Notes: generated by a model not told the origin, from the sequence alone. A stretch of 33,691 nucleotides of DNA from an uncultured bacterium (GCA_964010765.1 CAXGMD010000034.1:1-33691), one strand, 5' to 3'; positions 7,766 through 17,084 are shown, counted from the first letter of the stretch. Translations and numbers: made by a program.

Positions 7766-9664
7766 ATGTCCTACGTTGTTCTTGCCCGCAAACTGCGACC
7801 ACAACGGTTCTCCGATCTAATCGGTCAAGAAGTCATTGCGCAAATTCTTCAGAATGCGATTCGTAGCAACCGAGTAGCCCATGCATTTCTATTTAGTGGG
7901 TCTCGTGGGGTAGGAAAAACCAGTGCGGCTAGAATCTTAACAAAAGCTCTCAACTGCTTGGAGCCCGACAACGTTGATCCGTGCAACACATGCGAGAACT
8001 GCCGGGAAATCAGCAGCAATGCTTCTGCTGATGTGTACGAGATTGACGCAGCCTCAAATCGTGGAATTGAAAATATTCGGGAACTTCGTGAAAACGTAAA
8101 ATACGCACCGGCTCGCTGTCGCTACAAGGTTTACATCATTGATGAAGCCCATATGCTGACGCTAGAGTCTTTCAACGCCTTGCTGAAGACCCTGGAGGAA
8201 CCACCGAGCCATGTGAAGTTCATTCTGGCCACAACAGATCCCCACAAGGTGCCGGTTACTATTCTTTCACGATGTCAACGTTATGATTTCCAGCGAATCC
8301 CCTTGCAAAGGATGCTAGAATTTCTGGGCCAAGTAGCTGTTCAGGAAAATTTACAACTCAGTCCAAAATCATTGGAATTGATTGCTCGTCATGCTGCTGG
8401 AGGTATGCGGGACGCTCTGACAGCTCTTGATCAAGTACTAAGCTTTGCCGGTGAGCAGGCAAGTGAAGCTGAGGTGCGGCAGATTTTGGGAATTGCTGAT
8501 GCCTCAATGCGTTTCCAATTGCTAGAATGCCTTTTCCGTAAGCAATTGGGACCTGCAATGCAGGCATTTCAGGAACTCTATCAACACGGATTTGACCTGC
8601 AGGAGTTGTTGCAGGAATTACTGCAATCAGTGAAAACTCTATCTCTTTACTTGGCTTTATCTGGAGATTTGAGCTTTGCAGAAGTCGCAGAGGATGAACA
8701 GGAGCAGTATCGTCAATTGGCTAGTTTGACGACACAAGGGGAGTTACAACAGATGTTTCATCTACTGATGCAATTGGAAGAGCAGATGAAACGTAGTGTT
8801 CATGCACGAATTTGCTTCGAGATGACGTTACTGCAATTAGCTTCTGTGCAGCCGTTGGTCGGAGTGAAGGATATGCTCCAGCAAATCCGCACATTACGGC
8901 AAGAGGTCGATGGAAGAGTTGATTCACCAGAGCTAGAGCCAGCAAAGACAACAGATCAATCAAATCAATTTCAGCCAACCAACCCTCCAACAAAACCTAG
9001 TTTCTATGCTTCAGCTACCAACGTAGCTTCGCCACCACCGGTTGTTGAGGAACCATCAGTATCCAATGAATTCCCCATCGAATCGTTTGAGGAGCGTACT
9101 TCTGTAGCTAAAACAGCAATCCAAAGGCTCAAGGCACAGGGTGGTGGAACAGGGTTGGAGCAAAAAAAAACTCCAAATTTCGGCGCTGAGCCGCAACAAT
9201 CATTAAAACCTATTGAAGTCAGAGAGCCAAAGTCTTCAGAAAGTTGGTTAGAGGTTGTATCTGAACAGTGGGATGAACCAGAGGAACTCCCACTGAATTG
9301 GCAGGAATTCGTACAATTCGTGCACAGTCGCGCCTCGGTGATTGGTACGTTGCTGCGCACAGCGCTCCCTGTAGATTTGCAAGCTGATGTTTGGCAACTG
9401 CGATTTCGGCATCCGCCTGATTTGTTCAGTAAGGAACATCAGGTAAAGCTTGAACAACTGGCACAGGAGTTTGCTGGTAGATCAGTTCATATTCAGCGAG
9501 ATGATCAGCCGACAACAGAAGGCACTACGTTGCAGGAATATGATCAATGGAAGAATCGGGAACTGAAAAGACAGCGGGAGAATCAAGCCCGTGAGGATGC
9601 TCAAGTGAAGAATATCCTTCAGGTCTTTGCTGGTAGCGAAGTCTACGATATTGAATTGCACTGA
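7766..9664 (+). CDS. dnaX: DNA polymerase III subunit gamma/tau
   Basis: Start at ATG 7766 (MSYVVLARKLRP); Walker A GSRGVGKT, Zn motif C..C..C, IIDEAHML, SRC. Confidence 0.98.
   Translation: MSYVVLARKLRPQRFSDLIGQEVIAQILQNAIRSNRVAHAFLFSGSRGVGKTSAARILTKALNCLEPDNVDPCNTCENCREISSNASADVYEIDAASNRGIENIRELRENVKYAPARCRYKVYIIDEAHMLTLESFNALLKTLEEPPSHVKFILATTDPHKVPVTILSRCQRYDFQRIPLQRMLEFLGQVAVQENLQLSPKSLELIARHAAGGMRDALTALDQVLSFAGEQASEAEVRQILGIADASMRFQLLECLFRKQLGPAMQAFQELYQHGFDLQELLQELLQSVKTLSLYLALSGDLSFAEVAEDEQEQYRQLASLTTQGELQQMFHLLMQLEEQMKRSVHARICFEMTLLQLASVQPLVGVKDMLQQIRTLRQEVDGRVDSPELEPAKTTDQSNQFQPTNPPTKPSFYASATNVASPPPVVEEPSVSNEFPIESFEERTSVAKTAIQRLKAQGGGTGLEQKKTPNFGAEPQQSLKPIEVREPKSSESWLEVVSEQWDEPEELPLNWQEFVQFVHSRASVIGTLLRTALPVDLQADVWQLRFRHPPDLFSKEHQVKLEQLAQEFAGRSVHIQRDDQPTTEGTTLQEYDQWKNRELKRQRENQAREDAQVKNILQVFAGSEVYDIELH
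9162..9170 (+). other. A9 slippery run in dnaX (candidate tau/gamma switch)
   Basis: GAG CAA AAA AAA ACT; alternative-frame stops TGA 9187-9189 and TAA 9204-9206. Confidence 0.65.
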
Positions 9665-9722
9665 AGGGTGGGTTTACGCCAGCGAAAATTCACCCAAGAA
9701 TCGACCATTTATAGGAGTGATT

Positions 9723-10061
9723 ATGTTTGACATGGGCGAGCTGATGAAAAAAGCTCAAGAACTCTCCACCAATATGCAGGAGCAGCAGGAGCAGCTAGCA
9801 AAAGAAACCTACGAAGTCTCTGTTGGGGGAGAAATGGTCAAGATGACCTTCAACGGAAAACTCGAAGCGCAGTCCCTACAAATCGATCCTGAAGTAATCG
9901 ACCCGAATGATCCCGAAACCCTCCAAGACCTCGTGCTGTCTGCTGTCAATGAAGGTATTCGCCAAGGACAGCAGCGGATGCAAACCGCGCTGACCCAGCA
10001 GTTTGGTAACTTTGGCAACATTGCAGCCAACCTGAACCTGCCTGGCTTCCCAAAGGCCTGA
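9723..10061 (+). CDS. ybaB: YbaB/EbfC nucleoid-associated protein
   Basis: Start at ATG 9723 after AGGAG; MGELMKKAQ, GGEMVK, IDPEVIDPNDPETLQDLVLSAVN; follows dnaX. Confidence 0.95.
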   Translation: MFDMGELMKKAQELSTNMQEQQEQLAKETYEVSVGGEMVKMTFNGKLEAQSLQIDPEVIDPNDPETLQDLVLSAVNEGIRQGQQRMQTALTQQFGNFGNIAANLNLPGFPKA

Positions 10062-10904
10062 ATGACAGACCTTATCCTTACTCCTTCCTGGTACCTGATC
10101 GAAGAAGAAGAGCCACGTAGCGGTAGCTTCAATATGGCTGCTGATGAATGGCTTCTTCGCCAGCAAAGTTCAGGAATGGTTCCTACTCTTCGGCTCTATC
10201 GCTGGAATCGCTGGACACTGTCATTGGGTCGTAATGAGAAGCTCGATGAGGAGTTTGATTTAGATTGGTGTCGTCAGCGGAATATCGTTGTGCTCCGTCG
10301 TACAACAGGCGGGCGCGCTGTCCTGCATGGTGGGGACTTGACCTACTCGCTGATTGGCTGTTTGCAGGAACCTCCATTTTGTGGTGGGCCGATTGAGACT
10401 TATGAACTCATCGCTCAAGGATTCTACCAGTTTTTTGAGGAGATTGGCCTGAAGCCCCAAATACAGGAGCGTAAGGCCAGTGCCCCGATGGAATCCCATG
10501 TTTGCTTTTCTGCTCCTGCAGCCTACGAGATTCTGTTACAGGATCGCAAGGTGATCGGCAACGCTCAGCGAGTGATCACGAGTGGCCCATATGTCCCTGG
10601 TCAAGCACGCTCTCGCTCTTTTCTGCAGCATGGTTCCATTCCACTGCAGGACCAGATTCCGATTCTTGCAGGTATTTTTCGCAACGCAACGGCGGCACAA
10701 TTGCGTCGTGAGATGATCTCTTTGGAAGCTACCGGATGCTTGAGCCAATTCTCACAACGAGAATTGCAAGACGTGCTCTTGGAGGCACTTTCTCAATCTT
10801 TCGGCATTCAATGGCAGCGTCGTTCTTGGACCGAAGAAGAACTGGCTGGTATTGCTAGTTTGCAAGAAGAATTCGAACTTCTCGAAGGCGCTGAAGCAAA
10901 CTAG
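10062..10904 (+). CDS. Lipoate-protein ligase / octanoyltransferase family (LplA/LipM-like)
   Basis: NMAADE, PTLRLYRW, RRTTGGRAVLH, RKVIGNAQ, LQHGSI. Confidence 0.92.
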   Translation: MTDLILTPSWYLIEEEEPRSGSFNMAADEWLLRQQSSGMVPTLRLYRWNRWTLSLGRNEKLDEEFDLDWCRQRNIVVLRRTTGGRAVLHGGDLTYSLIGCLQEPPFCGGPIETYELIAQGFYQFFEEIGLKPQIQERKASAPMESHVCFSAPAAYEILLQDRKVIGNAQRVITSGPYVPGQARSRSFLQHGSIPLQDQIPILAGIFRNATAAQLRREMISLEATGCLSQFSQRELQDVLLEALSQSFGIQWQRRSWTEEELAGIASLQEEFELLEGAEAN

Positions 10905-10929
10905 ATAGGTTTTGATACTGTGGAGAAAT

Positions 10930-10987
10930 GATTGTGCCCAAGTTCTCTTGGAAGGTTGGGCACAATCGGATTGGCTGGAACAGCCAA
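10930..10987. terminator. Two adjacent hairpins between convergent genes (candidate bidirectional terminator)
   Basis: GATTGTGCCCAA (10930-10941) / TTGGGCACAATC (10956-10967); TTGGCTG-GAA-CAGCCAA (10971-10987). No strong U-tract. Confidence 0.55.
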
Positions 10988-11065
10988 GAGGAGTTGCCAG
11001 TCTTACCAGTGATTACCTAAAAGTCATTGGAGACTTAGGCTGCTGACAAAGAAACCGAAGCTCTC

Positions 11066-12478
11066 TTAGTCAGCCTGTAAAAACAGGTACTGGGAACCTT
11101 GAGGGGTGCTCAAGAGTAACAATACACCATCCTCAGTGGAGATATCACGAGCTGCTCGCTGGAAGTCAGCCATAGAGTTAATGCTCTGGCGATTCATCTC
11201 CACAATCATCATACCTGCGCGTAATCCCCCGTTGAACGCTGGAGAATCTGGTTTGACAGCTGTGATTACAATCCCACTCTGGATTGTTTCATACCCCAGA
11301 CGTTGAGCCATTTCTGGTGTCAATTCCTGGACTGCAAAGCCGAGCTCAGGGCTTGGTGACTTGGTTGAAGAATTGATGTCCGCCTGTCCGGTTTGCTTAG
11401 GTCGCTCGTCTAGTCGTACACTTAGTGTCATCGGTACTTTGTCGCGGACTAGGTCGAGATCGACTTTGGCATCTGCACGGGCTTCAGCAACTAGATTGCG
11501 TAATCCGTTACTATTCTCGATTGTGCTACCGTTAAGGCGTAAGATTACATCGCCTTTCTGTAGTCCTGCCTTCTCAGCGGGTGTGCCTGGCATCACTCCT
11601 GTCACTAAGGATCCCTTGGCTTGATCAAGCCCAAAGGCCTTGGCCAGCTCTGGAGTCATGTCCTGAATACCAACGCCCAACCAACCACGGGAAACTTGAC
11701 CAGTTTCGATCAGTTCATTCATGACCCGACGAGCCATGTTGATCGGCACGGCAAAGCCGATTCCCTGGTAGCCACCCGAGCGACTGAAAATAGCTGTATT
11801 TACGCCTACAATCTTGCCTTCTAGGTCAACGAGGGGGCCTCCGCTATTCCCCGGATTGATTGCAGCATCGGTCTGAATGAAGTCTTCATATTCGGCAATC
11901 CCCATTCCAGTTCGCCCCTTGGCGCTGACAATGCCGAAGGTAACGGTGTGTGACAGACCGAAAGGGTTGCCAATGGCAATCACAGATTCCCCAACCAGGA
12001 TGTTATCGGAGTCTCCCATCTGTAGGACGGGCATGTCCGTTCCTTCAATCTTGATCACGGAAATGTCGGTGGCTGGATCGGTGCCAATCAAGCGTGCCTT
12101 GAGTTCCTGACCATCATAGAGTTGGACCGTGATCTTATCAGCCTCACCGACAACATGGTGGTTAGTTAGGATATAACCATCAGATCGAACGATTGCACCT
12201 GAACCGGAGCCTGCCTGACGAGGTCGGTTTTGGAACGGCCCCCTCACGTTGACAAGTTTCTGCTCCACCTTGATGTGGACCACGGACTTCTGAACTGATT
12301 GTACTAACTCAGCCCTTGCCTTAGAGGCCTGAGTTAACGGATTCATAAACGGCTTGCTCTCAGACCAGGCTGGGACCGTGGTCATGAGTAAAATCAGCAA
12401 ACCTCCCAGCAAGGCTAACAACTTGAGTTGGTAACTCTGGAAACCTAGTTTCCTGTGGACTAAAGAATTGTTCTGCAT
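11066..12478 (-). CDS. HtrA/DegP-DegQ (Do) family serine endoprotease with two PDZ domains
   Basis: Signal peptide, GSGSG, TNHHV, TDISVIKI, FIQTDAAINPGNSGGPL, RGWLGV, two PDZ domains. Confidence 0.96.
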   Translation of the reverse strand: MQNNSLVHRKLGFQSYQLKLLALLGGLLILLMTTVPAWSESKPFMNPLTQASKARAELVQSVQKSVVHIKVEQKLVNVRGPFQNRPRQAGSGSGAIVRSDGYILTNHHVVGEADKITVQLYDGQELKARLIGTDPATDISVIKIEGTDMPVLQMGDSDNILVGESVIAIGNPFGLSHTVTFGIVSAKGRTGMGIAEYEDFIQTDAAINPGNSGGPLVDLEGKIVGVNTAIFSRSGGYQGIGFAVPINMARRVMNELIETGQVSRGWLGVGIQDMTPELAKAFGLDQAKGSLVTGVMPGTPAEKAGLQKGDVILRLNGSTIENSNGLRNLVAEARADAKVDLDLVRDKVPMTLSVRLDERPKQTGQADINSSTKSPSPELGFAVQELTPEMAQRLGYETIQSGIVITAVKPDSPAFNGGLRAGMMIVEMNRQSINSMADFQRAARDISTEDGVLLLLSTPQGSQYLFLQAD

Positions 12479-12556
12479 GATTCCTCAAAAATTGGATAAA
12501 AGTTGTTGAGTACGAGCAACTACCAACTTCACTTAGACAGTATTAGTCGGCAGAGT

Positions 12557-13249
12557 TTAGGTGGCATCATGCTCAGCGTCACTTTCGGATTCGCCGTGTT
12601 GCCATCGAGAATGTTGTTCATCGTCTCGTTCCCCATGACGCATGCGGTGGTCTCTCATCCCACGCTGCCACATCCCCATTTGCCTAGGTTGTTGTTCCTT
12701 CCACTGCTTCCACTGGAAGGGTGTCAGTACCTGGTGAACAGTGGCCAGTTCTGTTGTGTGCAGATTAGCCATCTTCAGGTGCAGGTCTGCCATCTGCTGA
12801 TTGTGTTTCTGCAAGGCTTCCTGATCGAAGGTTTCCTGCTGCATCAACTGGCGCTGATCCAGTTGCAGTAACTCACGCTGGGAGCGCAGGGTGATCATTT
12901 CCCGCTGGCTTTGCTGAGCAGTGTCTTCCAAGCGATTGATTTGCTCTTCACTGAGGTTCAGGTCCTCCTGCATGTGTAGGAGGGTGAGTGATAGTGAAAC
13001 CGGCCCACGTTGGAATTGATGGACTCCCCAAGATCCTCCACCACCCTGATGCCGGCGCTTACCCTGATGCCTGCTATCTCTATAGTGCCCCCAATGTTTG
13101 CCACCCTCGCCCCGGTAATCAACAAGTTGCGCTTGCCAGCCCGAGGTCGTATTGACCGAATCGGTGGTCTGTGCCAGCGCAATCGGGGTAGCGAGGCTTG
13201 TGGCGAGTAGGGTGCCGACGATGGCTTTTTGCCAGAGTTGCTTTTTCAT
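12557..13249 (-). CDS. Spy/CpxP/ZraP-family periplasmic chaperone with His-rich flanks
   Basis: Signal peptide, LTXXQ-like motifs LNLSEEQ and VLTPFQ, Gln/Met-rich helices; RBS AAGGAG. Confidence 0.85.
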   Translation of the reverse strand: MKKQLWQKAIVGTLLATSLATPIALAQTTDSVNTTSGWQAQLVDYRGEGGKHWGHYRDSRHQGKRRHQGGGGSWGVHQFQRGPVSLSLTLLHMQEDLNLSEEQINRLEDTAQQSQREMITLRSQRELLQLDQRQLMQQETFDQEALQKHNQQMADLHLKMANLHTTELATVHQVLTPFQWKQWKEQQPRQMGMWQRGMRDHRMRHGERDDEQHSRWQHGESESDAEHDAT

Positions 13250-13315
13250 TGTCTCTCCTTCATTTGGATTGGATCATTACTAAACTCGGGTGCTTGTCCC
13301 GATACATTAATCATG

Positions 13316-13371
13316 ATTCTATTTAGAAAATATGAAGAAATTTTGGAGGGATTGTGGAGATTTTGTGAAGA
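13316..13371 (-). promoter_or_regulatory. Promoter of the spy-degP operon: four 11-bp-phased direct repeats and a -10 box
   Basis: Minus strand TCTTCACAA-aa-TCTCCACAA-tc-CCTCCAAAA-tt-TCTTCATAT (13371-13330), then TAGAAT (13321-13316). Confidence 0.7.
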
Positions 13372-13470
13372 ACGAAAATGCTGAAGGAGTAGTTGGATCT
13401 TACTTGTCGTTTCTAGGGTTGTGGCTATAGTAGCCGACGGTTTGATGGATGTAATTTCGAGAGGGGATCT

Positions 13471-13986
13471 GTGGAGAAAGTGTTTTTTGGGCTGGGTAGT
13501 AATTTGGGAGATCGAGCCCGCTATCTACAGCAGGCACGTGAAGCTTTGGCCGATCTGCCTTTACAGGAATTTCAGGCGTCTTCGATTTATGAGAGCCTAC
13601 CACTAGCTAATATGGATCAACCGCTCTACCTAAATCAGGTAGTTTGTGGTCAGACCACACTAGGCCCAGAGGCTTTGCTGGAGACTTGTCTGCAAATTGA
13701 GAAAAGATTGGGACGGATTCGCTGGGAACACTGGGGTCCCAGAATTATTGATATTGATTTGTTGTCGTATGGCAATCTCTGCTTACGATCACAGCGTTTG
13801 ACCATTCCCCACCCAGAACTATCGAATCGCAGCTTTGTGCTGCTTCCCTTGTCTGAATTGGAACCGAGTTGGATACATCCAGAAAGTGAAGAAACCTTGG
13901 ATACGATCTGGCAGCAGTGGCAAGCTCAACACCCTGATGAAAGCCTGCCGATAATTTGGAACCCAAAGAAAAGTCTGGCGAAGTAA
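13471..13986 (+). CDS. folK: 2-amino-4-hydroxy-6-hydroxymethyldihydropteridine diphosphokinase
   Basis: GLGSNLGDR, SSIYES, YLNQV, WGPRIIDIDLL, IPHP, RSFVLLPL. Confidence 0.97.
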   Translation: MEKVFFGLGSNLGDRARYLQQAREALADLPLQEFQASSIYESLPLANMDQPLYLNQVVCGQTTLGPEALLETCLQIEKRLGRIRWEHWGPRIIDIDLLSYGNLCLRSQRLTIPHPELSNRSFVLLPLSELEPSWIHPESEETLDTIWQQWQAQHPDESLPIIWNPKKSLAK

Positions 13987-13993
13987 AGTTGAT

Positions 13994-15031
13994 TCAACTC
14001 TGCAGCGCATGGGCTGTATCAACAAAATGCTGTACTTTGGTGAAGGGTGTATCTGCTAGCAGTCCGTGGCTCAAGTTCAGAATGTGAGAGCGGCCACCGG
14101 TGGCCGCCAGACAGGCTTGGGTGGCTTGAGTAATCTCTGTCAAGCTGCCATCTCTGAGAAGTTGATTGCTCACATTACCTTGCCAGATCAGATCAGGGTA
14201 CAGTTCTTGTGCTTTTCCTAGATCGATACACGAGCCCACACTAAGCCCTTTGGCACCGCTCTGTGCCATCCAGTCAAGATATGGGCATTCTTTGGCAAAT
14301 AGTAAGGAGTTTGCACCTTGATTGAGTCCTGCAAATACTTCTTGTTGAGTCGGTAGTGCCCAGCGTTCATAAAGTCCTGGGCTCAGTTCGTCGGCAAAGG
14401 ATTCAAATAATTGCACTGCCTGAGCCCCTTGGGCTAGTTGATAGTTCAGGTAGTCGATGGTCATCTGAGTTAGTTTTTCGAGCAATAGCGCTACAAGCTT
14501 GGGATGATCTTCAAAGATTTCTAGAACCTTTTTCTGCTGACGATGAGGGGAGCCTCCGGCCAACAAAAAGAAAGCCAGTGTGACAGGAGCTCCAGCAAAT
14601 CCAAGTACAGGTAGCTCACCCCGCAGTTCATTGCGAATTCCTTGTAAGATGGCTCCAACATGACTCAGATCGGTTGCTGGATCGGGTAGTCGTAGTTGGT
14701 TAACCTGTTCCAGGGTTTGAATTGGTTCACTGATTGGTCCTGGACGAAAAATGAATGGCGCACCCATCGGAGCCAGTGGTGTCAGGATATCCTGAAACAT
14801 GATGATCGCATCAACCCCAATTCGCTTGGGTAGCAGGGAAACTCGAATTGATTGTGCTACATCCCCAAACAGTTCCTCCAAGGGACGCCCGTCTGCTTCC
14901 CGAATGGCGATATACTCGGGATCTGTTCTGCCAGCCTGCCGCATCATCCAAACAGGTACTCTGGACACCGGCTCGCCACGGAAGATACGGAGCAAGAGGT
15001 CATTTTTTGGGGTGTTGTCGATTTGATCCAT
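13994..15031 (-). CDS. hemE: Uroporphyrinogen decarboxylase
   Basis: PVWMMRQAGR, DAIIMFQDIL, LGFAGAP, QLFES, ILNLSHG; start placed at ATG 15031 (MDQ). Confidence 0.95.
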   Translation of the reverse strand: MDQIDNTPKNDLLLRIFRGEPVSRVPVWMMRQAGRTDPEYIAIREADGRPLEELFGDVAQSIRVSLLPKRIGVDAIIMFQDILTPLAPMGAPFIFRPGPISEPIQTLEQVNQLRLPDPATDLSHVGAILQGIRNELRGELPVLGFAGAPVTLAFFLLAGGSPHRQQKKVLEIFEDHPKLVALLLEKLTQMTIDYLNYQLAQGAQAVQLFESFADELSPGLYERWALPTQQEVFAGLNQGANSLLFAKECPYLDWMAQSGAKGLSVGSCIDLGKAQELYPDLIWQGNVSNQLLRDGSLTEITQATQACLAATGGRSHILNLSHGLLADTPFTKVQHFVDTAHALQS

Positions 15032-15050
15032 TAATCTATTGGGAATATGC

Positions 15051-15947
15051 ATGAAGAAGAAAAGTGCGCTATTGATCCAGAACGCACCTTGCGAACGTTG
15101 TCACGGCACCCATGTCCTGATTGAAGCGGTCCCCAGGCAACGCTACGCAAGAGGGCGGCTCTGCGAGTGCTTCCCTACACCTTGCCACGCTTGTAGTGGA
15201 ACAGGCTTTATTTTGCGACGTGACCGTTTCCATCGCGAAATGGCAGCGAGTTGCCCAGAGTGTGTTGGTCGCCTGCAGCGGGTGGAATTGTACAACGAAG
15301 CCCGAGTGCCGAGGCGTTATCTGCATAGCCGTCTGCAAGTAGCGGATCAAGACAAGCACAATGCTCAGATTTTCTCTCTGCTTGACGCAATTCATCGCAA
15401 CCTGCCGGACTATCTACGTACGCATCAAGAACAAGGTTCAACAACGGATGACCTGAAAGGCATGGTACTGATGGGGCCACCCGGTACAGGCAAGACACAT
15501 TTGCTTAGTGGCTTTGTGTATCAGTGTACGATTACCCATGGGATTTCCTGCGTGTTCCAAGGCTTTACTGAATTACTTTCTGAACTCAGACAAGGCTATT
15601 CCGATGGCAAGTCGGACATGGAAATTATAGAACCTCACCTGCTTGCAGATGTGTTGATCATCGATGATATGGGCAAAGGACGTAACACTCCATGGGAATT
15701 GGGTATTCTGGATACCTTGATCACGGAGCGCTACAACCGAGATCGAATTGTGATGGTGACGACTAACTACACGGAAGCAGAGGAAAATACATTACGTGAG
15801 AGAGTTCTGAGCAAGGACCGAAGCGAGGAAGAACAGTTTCTCAGTGATACTATCCGCAAGCGAGTCGGAGAGAGAATTTACTCACGTTTACGTGAAATGT
15901 GTTACTTCGAAGAATTGAATGGTCCTGATCGTAGGCAAGTCGATTGA
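15051..15947 (+). CDS. DnaC/IstB-like AAA+ ATPase with an N-terminal Cys-rich zinc-finger region
   Basis: Walker A GPPGTGKT, Walker B LIIDD, ITERYN, VTTNY, GERIYSRLREMC; 8 Cys in the N-terminal region. Confidence 0.85.
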   Translation: MKKKSALLIQNAPCERCHGTHVLIEAVPRQRYARGRLCECFPTPCHACSGTGFILRRDRFHREMAASCPECVGRLQRVELYNEARVPRRYLHSRLQVADQDKHNAQIFSLLDAIHRNLPDYLRTHQEQGSTTDDLKGMVLMGPPGTGKTHLLSGFVYQCTITHGISCVFQGFTELLSELRQGYSDGKSDMEIIEPHLLADVLIIDDMGKGRNTPWELGILDTLITERYNRDRIVMVTTNYTEAEENTLRERVLSKDRSEEEQFLSDTIRKRVGERIYSRLREMCYFEELNGPDRRQVD

Positions 15948-15994
15948 ACCTAGTCTCAAACAGAATCTACTCCGCACGTTCTACAAAGACTGAA

Positions 15995-17026
15995 TCAGAC
16001 TAGTCCTGTTGAGGGTGCCAGCCCAAACATTAGATTCATATTCTGCAACGCTTGCCCTGCAGCTCCCTTCACTAGATTGTCGATTGCACTAACGATCACC
16101 CAATCCTGGCCTTGTTCGTGCCGGAACAAGTTCATCACACAATGATTACTGTGTGCAACGGCTTTTAGATCAGGCATCACACCTGGCTCCAACAAGTGCA
16201 CAAAGGCCTTGTCGGCACAGAAATCCTGATAGCATTTTCGCAGTTCTGCCTCTTCAATTGGCTCACTAAAGCGAAGATAGATTGTACTTAAGATACCTCG
16301 GTTCACGGGTAGCAGATGAGGTGTGAAGATAATATCCCCAAGTTGTTCTTCAGGATAGCCCTGCTGGGCTAGATATAGCTGAATTTCAGGTTGATGTTGG
16401 TGCTGGAAGATCTTGTAGGGTTTCAGATTCTCATTGACATCAACATAGTTGGTTGTTGACTTCTCTACCCTTCCACCAGCCCCACTGACTCCAGACTTGG
16501 CATCAATCACCGGAGGAACGTTCAGTTTTTTCAGGTGATCTCCCAGTGGCCATAGAGCAAGCAAGGCCCCAGTGGGATAACATCCTGGATTAGCAACCAG
16601 CCTGGCAGTGGCGATCTGTTCAGCAAAGACCTCAGCGAGTCCAAAAACAGCTTTTTCTAACCAACTTTCTTCAGGAGCAAGCTTGTAATGCTTGGCTGTC
16701 AGTTCTGGTGTTTGGAGCCGAAACATTCCTGAAAGATCAATTACTCCTACTCCGTCACCATGAAGACGAGGGACCCACTCCAAGCTGGCTTCGTTAGGAA
16801 CTGCGAGGAAAGCGACATCACACTCGGCTACATCAATGTCGTGACCTGTGAAGGTTAGTGAGGAACCTTGATAGGCAGGTAATAACCGACCAACAGGCAT
16901 ACCGTCATAGCGTTCTGATGTGACATGACGCACGTTGGCATTCGGATGTCTCCTGAGCCAAGTCAGTAATTCCAGACCAGAAAGACCTCCAGCCCCAAGG
17001 ATGGCGATCTGCAAATGTTCGGACAT
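15995..17026 (-). CDS. argC: N-acetyl-gamma-glutamyl-phosphate reductase
   Basis: ANPGCYPT, DAKSGVSGAG, HQHQPEI, FTPHLLP..RGILST, IDNLVKGAAGQA; start ATG 17026 after GAGGA. Confidence 0.97.
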   Translation of the reverse strand: MSEHLQIAILGAGGLSGLELLTWLRRHPNANVRHVTSERYDGMPVGRLLPAYQGSSLTFTGHDIDVAECDVAFLAVPNEASLEWVPRLHGDGVGVIDLSGMFRLQTPELTAKHYKLAPEESWLEKAVFGLAEVFAEQIATARLVANPGCYPTGALLALWPLGDHLKKLNVPPVIDAKSGVSGAGGRVEKSTTNYVDVNENLKPYKIFQHQHQPEIQLYLAQQGYPEEQLGDIIFTPHLLPVNRGILSTIYLRFSEPIEEAELRKCYQDFCADKAFVHLLEPGVMPDLKAVAHSNHCVMNLFRHEQGQDWVIVSAIDNLVKGAAGQALQNMNLMFGLAPSTGLV

Positions 17027-17084
17027 GCCGTAGATCCTCAAGAAAATCTTTCAATCAAAGTTGACGTTTCACAATTCGGTTGAT

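Noticed and set aside
15051..15947. IS21 element or prophage suggested by the IstB-like ATPase
   Set aside because: No IstA, terminal repeats or phage genes; flanks are housekeeping genes
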